Shown here piece by piece: positions 55,569 to 64,000 of a stretch of DNA of 64,000 bases. The translations under genes and the position numbers were made by a program. Location of the stretch: the NCBI GenBank assembly GCA_963710755.1, contig CAVQBK010000003.1, forward strand, positions 384,001 to 448,000, given 5' to 3'. This stretch comes from an uncultured bacterium. Lineage in GTDB: Bacteria > Oederibacteriota > JAAXVQ01 > JAUVAV01. Each line of letters starts with the position of its first letter. Positions within the stretch are counted from its first letter, which is position 1. Under the pieces are notes generated by a model. The model did not search any database and was not told where the DNA came from. It saw only the letters and a program-made list of their open reading frames with translations.

Positions 55569-56114
55569 ATGAATCCCATCAAAGTGGCCTTAACAACCCT
55601 GGCCGTGGTCTTTATGCTGACGGCCTGTCAACCTTCGCAACAACCTTCGCAACAAGCAGACCACAAGGGCGCGCCCAAAGCCGACATCCCCAGCCTGGCG
55701 GCCGGTCAGGGACAAGTACTGCCTGATTTTACGGTCAAGGATTTGGACGGACAGGAGCATAAGCTCTCCCAGTATCGCGGCAAGGTGATGATCCTCGATC
55801 TGTTTGCCACCTGGTGCCCGCCTTGCAAGATGGAAATTCCCCATTTTGTGGAATTGCAGACCGCCTATGCCAAGGATCTGGCGGTGGTGGGCCTGAGTTT
55901 TGATCAAACCGGCCCGGAGAAAGTGCGGGCTTTTGCCAAGGAAATGAATATTAATTATGATATCTATTGGGGTAATGAAGACGTGGCCCGCTATGTGAGC
56001 CTGCGCGGCATTCCCCATACATTGGTCATTGACCGCGAAGGGCATGTGGTCAAGAGTTTTGTAGGGTACCGGGACAAAGCGGTTTTTGAAGAAGCCATCA
56101 AGGCATTGTTTTAA
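55569..56114 (+). CDS. TlpA/ResA-like thiol-disulfide oxidoreductase lipoprotein
   Basis: Lipobox LTAC; FATWCPPCKMEIP; GIPHT. Confidence 0.9.
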   Translation: MNPIKVALTTLAVVFMLTACQPSQQPSQQADHKGAPKADIPSLAAGQGQVLPDFTVKDLDGQEHKLSQYRGKVMILDLFATWCPPCKMEIPHFVELQTAYAKDLAVVGLSFDQTGPEKVRAFAKEMNINYDIYWGNEDVARYVSLRGIPHTLVIDREGHVVKSFVGYRDKAVFEEAIKALF

Positions 56115-56119
56115 AGGCG

Positions 56120-56557
56120 GTGACCATGGCTGGAGATCAATATTGCGTCATGCCGTCTTCTTCCAAAGAAGGCGCGGAGGCATTGAAAGACATCAAAGTG
56201 ATTGCTGTGGTGGGTTTGTCCCCCCGGGAAGAGCGGGCGTCCTACCGCGTGAGCAAGTATATGCAGGAGCACGGTTACCGCATTATTCCCGTGCGTCCCG
56301 GGGTGACGGAAATCCTGGGTGAGAAGGCTTATGCCAACTTGGTGGAAGCCGGACAGCATGAAGCCATTGACATGGTGAATATTTTCAGAAAACCGGAAGC
56401 TGTGCCGGAGATTGTAGATCAGGCCATTAGCCTCAAGGCCAAAGTGGTGTGGATGCAGGAGGGCATCGGCCATCCTGATGCTGCTGAAAAAGCGGAAGCT
56501 GCCGGGTTAAAAGTCGTACAGAATCTTTGCCTCATGAAAGTCCATCAGGCCCTCTAA
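56120..56557 (+). CDS. CoA-binding protein (YccU-like)
   Basis: IAVVGLS, GYRIIPV, VNIFR, VWMQEG. Confidence 0.9.
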   Translation: MTMAGDQYCVMPSSSKEGAEALKDIKVIAVVGLSPREERASYRVSKYMQEHGYRIIPVRPGVTEILGEKAYANLVEAGQHEAIDMVNIFRKPEAVPEIVDQAISLKAKVVWMQEGIGHPDAAEKAEAAGLKVVQNLCLMKVHQAL

Positions 56558-56634
56558 CTCAATGGGTCCAACCACTTAATTATTTTGCAGGGGAGAAACA
56601 GCATTCGCCTTTTTTGGCCTTTCACCTCTCCTGA

Positions 56635-57552
56635 TTACAACCCAAACGCCTGGGTATCCACCCATTCCATGGTCAGCAGAGACCAAAAGTCCAAAGCAAA
56701 TTTTGACAAGACGTATTGAAAGGGCAGCCAGCCATAACCTTTGTCGCCCCATTCGACGCCCCAGGAATTGCGAAAGAGCAAAGCACCGGTTGTGGTTTCA
56801 TTGGTGGTGGTGTTTTTAATGACCTTCTTGTCATCATATCCCACGGCGACGATGGCATGGCCCCAGGCCGCTCTTTCCGTGGGTGCGGGAAAGGGAATGT
56901 CACCAGGCTCGCCGCCTTTGTCAAAAGACGGAAATCCCCAGAACCCAAACATGGAAGGAATACCGGCGCTTAAATATTTCTTAACCGAGAGCAGTACTTG
57001 CTCTGGTGCCGGCGGTTGCTGCTGGGGATCATGGCAAAAATAAGTCAGGGCCTGGTAGGATTTGCCCATGGCATAGACAAAAGCCGTGGGTTCCTTGTCA
57101 AAGTCAGGGATTTTATCCGTGTAGGGCCAATAGGTGGCCGGTGGAATGCCGAGCAGTACCAAAGCGCCCATGGTGTTGCGGGTCCAGGCACCGGTGTCGC
57201 CGGTCACACCCATGAGATTGCGGGTGGCCTTGTAGACAAAGAGACGGGAGCCGTCGATATACTTGCCATGAGCGCGGTTCTCAAAATACTCCACCATGCC
57301 CATGGCCGCATTGGCTGTACACGAGCCCAACTTGCCCTGTTGTTCCACCGGGGAACACCATGGCCTCAAATCCACGCTGGTGGGCAAGGCGCTGGCCGCA
57401 CCGGGTTCGGGCAGGTTAAGTTTCTTGGCCATGGCCTGTACCGCCGGGGTTTGTACGGAATAGTCGCGCAGATCAGGTACCGGCGGCAGCCAGCCCGTGC
57501 CCACGGGCTCAGGGAGATTGGTTAACTTGAGGGTGGAAGAAAAAGGGAACAT
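56635..57552 (-). CDS. C1A papain-family cysteine protease
   Basis: VDLRPWC, QGKLGSCTANA, GHAIVAVGY, RNSWG..WGDKGYG; no signal peptide. Confidence 0.92.
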   Translation of the reverse strand: MFPFSSTLKLTNLPEPVGTGWLPPVPDLRDYSVQTPAVQAMAKKLNLPEPGAASALPTSVDLRPWCSPVEQQGKLGSCTANAAMGMVEYFENRAHGKYIDGSRLFVYKATRNLMGVTGDTGAWTRNTMGALVLLGIPPATYWPYTDKIPDFDKEPTAFVYAMGKSYQALTYFCHDPQQQPPAPEQVLLSVKKYLSAGIPSMFGFWGFPSFDKGGEPGDIPFPAPTERAAWGHAIVAVGYDDKKVIKNTTTNETTTGALLFRNSWGVEWGDKGYGWLPFQYVLSKFALDFWSLLTMEWVDTQAFGL

Positions 57553-57933
57553 AAGCGCACCTCCTGGAATAGGATGGCAGGATTAAAACTGCTGTCAGAT
57601 TAGCACCAGGGTATAGAGACGTCAATGAGGAAAAGGGAAGAAATGTCTTTGGGTTAATCCCTGTTGATGACCGGGAAGCATCTGTCTTCGTTAAAACGTC
57701 GGACCTTGCCAAAGCTATGTCGGAAATAATCTATGGACTTGGGGAGTCCAAGGAGGAAGACTACTTATAGCCGACAAGGTGGTTGGCACTGAACTTTACA
57801 ACTTATAAACTAACCCCAGCCCCCATTATAGCCCTTTAGATCCCTGAAAAGGGTTTAACATTTGTGAAAGGGTTGTGGGACCATGTGCCTAGCTTAACTT
57901 ATTGTTTTGGCAAAAACCATTAGGAGGGGTGAT

Positions 57934-58239
57934 ATGACGGTGCTTAATCGGATCATTATTTTCGGGAAAAAATTAGTTTGTCCAATTTGTGAGCATGATC
58001 TGTTTATGGAAAGAAGTTTTATGTTGAATACTCAAAGTGCAACCTTTTTTGGTTGGGATTGGGCCGATGCCACGGCAATTAATTATATCTGTAACCATTG
58101 TGGCCATGTGTTGTGGTTTGCTAAAAATATTGGACAGCACGAGGAAGTTAAAAAACCCTATAGTGAAGAACAAAAGAGAATGTTTCCAAACACAAAATGT
58201 CCTATATGCAGTAAGCCTAATAAAGAGTGTACCTGTTAG
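57934..58239 (+). CDS. zinc-ribbon protein with extra C-terminal Cys cluster
   Basis: CPIC...CNHC ribbon, FFGWDWA, terminal CPICSKPNKECTC; AGGAGG RBS. Confidence 0.75.
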   Translation: MTVLNRIIIFGKKLVCPICEHDLFMERSFMLNTQSATFFGWDWADATAINYICNHCGHVLWFAKNIGQHEEVKKPYSEEQKRMFPNTKCPICSKPNKECTC

Positions 58240-58586
58240 GCAGGAACTATTGCAGCCTAGGGTGGCAATAAGGCTGAATGGGAAATAATAAAATATGTAC
58301 AGAGACGGTATTTAACTGACACCTGGCTTTAGCCGGAGCAGTTGTTAAGCTGCCTCTTGCTTGGATGTTTTTGCCGGGTTTATGATCTTTGAGTTTTATG
58401 GGACACCGCTGCTTATTTAACTATAGGTCAAGATAAAAATTAAATCGGTATAATTAAAGGGATGAATTAAAGGGGCGGAATAATCAGCGCTCCTATCCAT
58501 CGCCTACGGCGTTGATTCTTGACACTGCCGCGCACGCAATGCTACCATTGCCCAATATCCTTTACACGATTCGCCACCGAGGTCGC

Positions 58587-59456
58587 ATGGACAAGCTTAA
58601 GGCATTCCTGCAATTGATGAGACCCAAGCAATGGACCAAAAATTTTGTGGTTTTTGTGGGGTTGATTTTCAGCGGTAACTTTCTTAATCCGGCCATGGGT
58701 ATCACAGCTTTGCAGGCCTTCATTATCTTCTGTATCACCGCCGGGGCCATCTATGTTTTCAATGACCTCAAAGATATTGAAAGCGACCGGGCCCATCCGC
58801 AAAAGAAAAACCGTCCTCTGGCCGCCAAACGGCTCTCCCCAGGCGCCGCCTCTTTGGGCGGCAGCCTGCTGATGGTGATCGGTCTGATGTGGAGCTTTTT
58901 CCTCTCTCCGCTGTTTGCCCTGGTGGTGCTGGCCTATGTGCTGCTCAATACGGCCTATTCCCTGGGATTAAAGCATGTGGTGATTCTCGATGTGTTTGTC
59001 ATCACCACGGGGTTTGTGCTGCGGGCTATGGCCGGAGCCCTGGTAATCAAGGTGGCCATCTCCCCGTGGCTGATCGTGGTGACCATCTTATTATCACTGT
59101 TTCTGGGCTTTGCCAAGCGGCGTCACGAGCTGATCACCATGGGCGACGAAGCTGCCAACCATCGGCCTGCGCTGGACGACTATTCGCCGGCGTTGCTTGA
59201 TCAGTACATGGGCGTGGTGGCCTCGGCCACGATTATTGCCTATTCCCTCTATGCCTTTACCTCGTCCACAGCCAGCCGCAGTACTTATTTTATGCTTACC
59301 ATTCCCATGGTAATTTATGGGATTTTGCGCTATCTCTATCTGGTCTATCAAAAAAATCTCGGCGGGGCCCCGGAAGTCATCCTGCTTAGCGATAAGCCTT
59401 TGATGGCAGCCATAGTGCTCTGGGTAGCCACTGTCGGACTCTTACTCTATATATAG
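58587..59456 (+). CDS. decaprenyl-phosphate phosphoribosyltransferase (UbiA family)
   Basis: MRPKQWTKN, YVFNDLKDIESDRAHPQKKNRPLA, LKHVVILD, GFVLR, KRRHEL, YGILRYLYL. Confidence 0.9.
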   Translation: MDKLKAFLQLMRPKQWTKNFVVFVGLIFSGNFLNPAMGITALQAFIIFCITAGAIYVFNDLKDIESDRAHPQKKNRPLAAKRLSPGAASLGGSLLMVIGLMWSFFLSPLFALVVLAYVLLNTAYSLGLKHVVILDVFVITTGFVLRAMAGALVIKVAISPWLIVVTILLSLFLGFAKRRHELITMGDEAANHRPALDDYSPALLDQYMGVVASATIIAYSLYAFTSSTASRSTYFMLTIPMVIYGILRYLYLVYQKNLGGAPEVILLSDKPLMAAIVLWVATVGLLLYI

Positions 59457-59464
59457 GATGACCA

Positions 59465-62400
59465 ATGAGCCCTAAAAAGACAACTTCCAAAACTGGTTCT
59501 GCTTCCTCAAAAAAAACCAAGGCCGTTAAAAAAGCCGTCCGTGGCGGCGCCAAAAAAACGGTCCGGCCGGCTGCGGCCAAACCAAGCCGGCCACAACCCA
59601 AAAAAGCAGTGAAAAAAACAGCTGTCAAAAAAGCGGCGGCTAAAAAGGCCATAGCTAGAAAAACCACCGTAAAAAAAACCAGGGTCAGGATGGTAAGCCC
59701 GTCCCGTTTTCATCAAGCGCTTGGTTCCTGGTGGCAACGTCTGAAGGCGCAAATGGCAGGGCTTTATCAGCGCGAGCCGGAGACCATCTGGCTGGCCGGA
59801 CTGATGCTGGTGGCTGCGGGATTACGGTTTATTCAACCGGACTGGTATATGGCCCGGCAATTTCATCCCGACGAACGCTGGATCGTCGGCGTGGTCAGCC
59901 AGCTCTCCTACCCGCAGGAGCCGGCGGGCTTGCAGTACGGCACCTTTCCCATGTATTTGCTGGCCCTGATCAAAGACCTGGTGGCAACCGCAGCCGGATG
60001 GTTCGGCCATTTTGATGTCAACCGGTTCACCATCTGGGCGGGCCGCATGCTCAGCGCTTGTTTTGATTTGGGCACGATTGTGTTCACCTACCTCATCGGC
60101 CGGCGCCTGCGGCCAGGACAATTAGGGCGGCAGATCGGGCTGATGGCCGCGGCCTTGCTGACCTTCACGGTGCTCAATATTCAAATGGCCCATTTCTTTG
60201 TGGTCGATGTGCCCCTGGGCTTGTTGGCCACAGCCACCTTGTATTGGAGTATTCTCATTGCCCAGGAGGGCAGGCGGCGTGATTATGTGTTGGCAGGACT
60301 CATGATCGGCTTGGCGCTGGCCACCAAGACCAGTGCCTTTCCTTTAGTGGCCGCTGTGGGCATGGGCCATCTGCTGGGCCTCAATCAAAGTCCGGTGAGT
60401 GACCGCGTCCGGCGCTGGCAGGAATTGGGCCTGGCGGTGGGGGTTTCACTGGTGACCTTTTTCATAGCCATGCCCTATGCGTTTCTCGATTGGTCCAAGT
60501 TTTGGAGCAACCAGCAGGAACAGCAGCGTATCCTGGTCACGGGCAAGGCGGATGTGCCCTACAACCGCCAATACCTGCACACCACTGCTTATCTTTACTA
60601 CTTCCGCAATTTGATCCGCTACACCCAGGGCTGGAGTCTGGGGCTGCTGTCGGTTCTTGCCATTCTGCTGGTGCCCTTGGCGGGGATCATTCAAAGTGCC
60701 CGGTTACTGATGTCCAAACAAGTCAAAGCCTGGCGCCGCTGGCTTAATCGGGAAAGCGTGCTGCTGGTGCTCATGGCGTTTGCGATTCTGTATTTTGCCA
60801 TTGTGGGCCATGCCTTTGCCAAGTTCAATCGCTACATGTTGCCGCTCACGCCTATCTTCAGTCTGATCGTGGCCTGGGTTCTGATGCAGGCTTATCATGG
60901 ACTGCGCGTCCACTGGCAGCGCCGGCTGGGCCAGGTTGTATTAGTCATGGTGCTGGCCAACACTATCCTGTGGGCCTTGGCTTTTGTCTCCATATACCAG
61001 CAGGAACATCCCTGGATTGCCGCCAGCCGCTGGATTCAGACGCATGTACCGGAAAAAACCATGAAAAACGGCATTCCCTTTCCTACGGCTATTCTCAACG
61101 AAGAATGGGGCGACGATCTGCCCACCTATGTACCTGGTTTGGCCCATACCAGACATTATGCTATGAATAAATTCGCAGTGCAGGAACCGGATACCCCGGC
61201 CAAACGACAGGCCATTTTAGCCATGCTCCAGAAAAACGATCTGATCGTGATGGCCGATACGCGCGCCCATGCGGTTTATCGCCGGCTGCCGGAACGTTAT
61301 CCCATCAATGCCGCCTATTATCAATTAATGTTTGAAGGCCGTTTGGGGTTTCACCTGGCGGCTGAATTCACCGATTACCCCCGCCTCTTTGGCCATGAAT
61401 TTTCTGACGATGACAGTGATGAAAGTTTTACCCTCTATGATCATCCGCATGTCTATCTTTTTGCCCGCGACCGGACCACCTTGTCTGCCAGGGAACTGGC
61501 CAGCCGTCTGGATAAACGTATTGTCCTGATCAAGGCGCAAGGCCAACATCCCCGTGCACCGGTCAAGACCGTGCCCAAGCTCAAGCATTGGAACATGACC
61601 AAGAAAGAACCCATGCCCACCGTGATTAACAACAATATCGACCAACCGGAAGTACGGCCGGTCTTTCTACTGGGGCGGATCAATAGTTTTAAAGCCGGAT
61701 TAATGTGGGTATTGCTTATGGAGGTCATCGGCCTGTTAACTTTGCCTTTGTGCCTGAGCCTGTTCCCGCGACTGCCTGATGCAGGCGCAGCGTTGAGTAA
61801 AATCATCGGGTCGCTTATTCTGGGCTGGACCATTTGGATGCTGGTTTCTTTGGGCGTGATTCCACATGTGCAAGCCGCCAGTTTTCTGGTACTGGTGGTG
61901 CTGGGCGCCATCAGCCTGACCTGGGCCTGGAAACGAAAGCTGGAGATCGAAACTTTCTTTCGCGAGAAGGGCAGGCTGTGGCTGCTCATGGAACTAATAT
62001 TTCTGCTGGCCTTTGTGGGCTATATGGTGACCAAGCTGTACAATCCCGATATCAACAACCCAACGGGTCAGGGCTATAACGGCGGCGGCGAGCCTATGGG
62101 CATCAGCTTTTTTTCCGCAGTTTATCAAAGTCTCCATTTTCCACCGTATGATCCCTGGTTGTCAGGTTATCACATCAACTATTATTATTACGGCCAGCTG
62201 ATCCTGGGCATTCTGGCCAAGCTGGCGGGGGTCCCACCGGTCTGGTCTTATCAAATTGTCATTAGTCTGCTCTTTGCTTTGACCTTTACCGGCGTCTTTG
62301 GTCTGGGTCTGGCCCTGACCGGCAAAAAACGATGGGGCTTGTTCTCGGCCGTGGCTGCGGCCATGCTGGGCAACATGCATACCTATTTTTATATGCTGGA

Positions 62401-64000
62401 ACCCATCAACCGCGGTCTCAACTGGAATAACCTGGGCCAGAGTCTGGCCATGCTCTGGAAAAGTTTCTGGCTCCATCTGGGCCGGTTTGAATTCATCTGG
62501 AATCCCACCCGTCTGATTAAAGGTACCATCAATGAAATGCCCTGGTTCTCTTTTCTCTATGGGGATTTGCACGCCCATATCATTGCCATTCCTTACTCCC
62601 TGCCTTTAATCGGCTGGGCAGCCAACCTGCTGACACCGGTAAGCAAAACCAACACCGTGTTGCCCGAAGTCAGCGGCCGCACCGGCACGGAGCGGGGCTT
62701 GTCTTTCTTTGTCACCGCCCTGACCCTGGGGGCCTTATCGGCCATCAATACCTGGAATTTTCCACCCTATGCCTTGCTGGTGCTGGCCGTGCTGATCGTC
62801 CAGGCACTGCAAGACTATAAGGGCGGTCCCTTGCCCTGGCGGGCCTTGGGCAAGGCGGTTTTAGGATGGCTCAGACTGGTGGTGGGCGGCCTGGTGTTGC
62901 TGCTTTACTTCCACATTCATTTTAAACCCCAATCCACCAGCCTGGCCTTGGTCAATCCTGCGGTCCGAACCCATCTCAAGGAATTTATGATCTTCTTCAG
63001 CCTGCCGCTGTTTTTGTTGATCAGTTTCACTGCCCAACACTTGGTGAGCAGCGGTCGGGCTTTGTTAAGCACACTGGGCTGGAAACCACGGTCCCGCAAA
63101 CCGTGGTGGCAAAAAGTGGTGGCTATACTCAACACCTTTTGGGCCAAATACCCCGTGGCGGTTTATATTATCTTGGCGGCCTTGCTGGGGGCCGGACTGC
63201 TGCTCTTGTTTAATCAAGTCACGTTGGTGGTGCTGGGCTTGTTGGTCCTGGCTCTGATCTATGTGCTGGTCTGGAAGCCCTTGGCCCCGGGCCTGCGCCT
63301 GGCCATGATCATGGCGATGCTTGGTTTCTTAATTGTGCTGGGCTGTGAGATTGTACACGTGCGCGATTTCATGGGGGTTGGCGGTGACATGAGCCGCATG
63401 AATACGGTGTTTAAATTTTATATGGTCGTGTGGATCTATCTGGCGCTGGCGGCCGGGGCTGTGGCGCACCATCTTCTGGAAGGCAGCAGCCAGGTCTTGG
63501 CTTCCTGGCGGAAAGTGTTTGTGCAACAACAATGGCTGCCCTGGCTGGGGTACCTCTTGGGCCTGTTCGTGCTTGCGGCCATGGCCAACTACCAACAGGA
63601 AAATACCGGCACGCCTTGGCTAACGTGGCTGCTGTTTTCAGCTCTGATCCTGCTGCCGCTGGTCTGGGCCATCCGGCCGGAGCTGGCACAACTGCGCAGG
63701 CTGTGGATGGCCGTGCTGGGTTTTGTGTTGATCACCGTGGCCCTTTATCCGCCTATTGCGCTCTACAACCGCATGCACCTGTGCTCCAATTTCGAGCATC
63801 CTACCCTAAACGGTGTGGCTTACCTGGAGCGCCTGCTGCCCAAGGAAGCCAAAGCCTTGCGCTGGATCGACGAGCACGTGGACCGCATGGCCATTATTTT
63901 GGAAGCTCCCGGTAAACGGGGATATAACTGTTTTGATACGCGCATTGCCATCTTTACCGGCCATCCGTCCCTGATTGGGTGGGTGGGGCAGGAAGAACAA
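59465..64000 (+). CDS. large GT-C glycosyltransferase fusion (PMT_2/ArnT-like + DUF2298/YYY), 3'-truncated by window; Lys/Ala-rich N-terminus
   Basis: Missing from the ORF track because no stop occurs before the edge. The frame from ATG 59465 (MSPKKTTS) contains FHPDERW, YGTFP, HFFVVD, DESFTLYDHP, DPWLSG..INYYYYG, INEMPWFSFLYGDLHAH, RMNTVFKFY and TGHPSLIGWVGQEEQ; 1512 codons to the edge. Confidence 0.88.
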   Translation, partial: MSPKKTTSKTGSASSKKTKAVKKAVRGGAKKTVRPAAAKPSRPQPKKAVKKTAVKKAAAKKAIARKTTVKKTRVRMVSPSRFHQALGSWWQRLKAQMAGLYQREPETIWLAGLMLVAAGLRFIQPDWYMARQFHPDERWIVGVVSQLSYPQEPAGLQYGTFPMYLLALIKDLVATAAGWFGHFDVNRFTIWAGRMLSACFDLGTIVFTYLIGRRLRPGQLGRQIGLMAAALLTFTVLNIQMAHFFVVDVPLGLLATATLYWSILIAQEGRRRDYVLAGLMIGLALATKTSAFPLVAAVGMGHLLGLNQSPVSDRVRRWQELGLAVGVSLVTFFIAMPYAFLDWSKFWSNQQEQQRILVTGKADVPYNRQYLHTTAYLYYFRNLIRYTQGWSLGLLSVLAILLVPLAGIIQSARLLMSKQVKAWRRWLNRESVLLVLMAFAILYFAIVGHAFAKFNRYMLPLTPIFSLIVAWVLMQAYHGLRVHWQRRLGQVVLVMVLANTILWALAFVSIYQQEHPWIAASRWIQTHVPEKTMKNGIPFPTAILNEEWGDDLPTYVPGLAHTRHYAMNKFAVQEPDTPAKRQAILAMLQKNDLIVMADTRAHAVYRRLPERYPINAAYYQLMFEGRLGFHLAAEFTDYPRLFGHEFSDDDSDESFTLYDHPHVYLFARDRTTLSARELASRLDKRIVLIKAQGQHPRAPVKTVPKLKHWNMTKKEPMPTVINNNIDQPEVRPVFLLGRINSFKAGLMWVLLMEVIGLLTLPLCLSLFPRLPDAGAALSKIIGSLILGWTIWMLVSLGVIPHVQAASFLVLVVLGAISLTWAWKRKLEIETFFREKGRLWLLMELIFLLAFVGYMVTKLYNPDINNPTGQGYNGGGEPMGISFFSAVYQSLHFPPYDPWLSGYHINYYYYGQLILGILAKLAGVPPVWSYQIVISLLFALTFTGVFGLGLALTGKKRWGLFSAVAAAMLGNMHTYFYMLEPINRGLNWNNLGQSLAMLWKSFWLHLGRFEFIWNPTRLIKGTINEMPWFSFLYGDLHAHIIAIPYSLPLIGWAANLLTPVSKTNTVLPEVSGRTGTERGLSFFVTALTLGALSAINTWNFPPYALLVLAVLIVQALQDYKGGPLPWRALGKAVLGWLRLVVGGLVLLLYFHIHFKPQSTSLALVNPAVRTHLKEFMIFFSLPLFLLISFTAQHLVSSGRALLSTLGWKPRSRKPWWQKVVAILNTFWAKYPVAVYIILAALLGAGLLLLFNQVTLVVLGLLVLALIYVLVWKPLAPGLRLAMIMAMLGFLIVLGCEIVHVRDFMGVGGDMSRMNTVFKFYMVVWIYLALAAGAVAHHLLEGSSQVLASWRKVFVQQQWLPWLGYLLGLFVLAAMANYQQENTGTPWLTWLLFSALILLPLVWAIRPELAQLRRLWMAVLGFVLITVALYPPIALYNRMHLCSNFEHPTLNGVAYLERLLPKEAKALRWIDEHVDRMAIILEAPGKRGYNCFDTRIAIFTGHPSLIGWVGQEEQ

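Noticed and set aside
59386-64000. Numerous short ORFs listed in the track for the right end
   Set aside because: All are explained by the single long + strand GT-C frame starting at 59465.

Overview
This is a 64-kb bacterial chromosomal window from a probably diderm, uncultured-type lineage. The T9SS-like C-terminal domains, PorV-like barrel and giant protein resemble FCPU426/Elusimicrobia/Omnitrophota-type genomes, but the taxonomy is inference only. I found no rRNA, tRNA, CRISPR array or intact transposase. The left part holds an HTH/ECF-sigma divergon followed by a perfect 7.25 x 44-bp tandem repeat, and two C25 (gingipain-like) proteases with T9SS-like CTDs, one with its propeptide encoded as a separate gene. 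It also holds a stressosome (rsbRST plus kinase-phosphatase) operon with an embedded tusA-like gene, and decayed Fic, AvcD-like dCTP deaminase and RHH genes. The centre is a ~14-kb giant-protein locus (1070 aa + 3630 aa, probably one ~4680-aa gene with a single frameshift). It is built from repeated hydrophobic linker modules separating variable cargo domains and is bracketed by two related palindromic elements. The right part holds a DUF2779 nuclease-like gene, a GH144-like glucanase, a thioredoxin cluster containing an orphan PTS enzyme I, and a decaprenyl-phosphate phosphoribosyltransferase. A >1500-aa tandem GT-C (DUF2298/YYY) gene follows, absent from the ORF track and running off the right edge. 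All product calls are from motif recognition by eye; no database searches were run.
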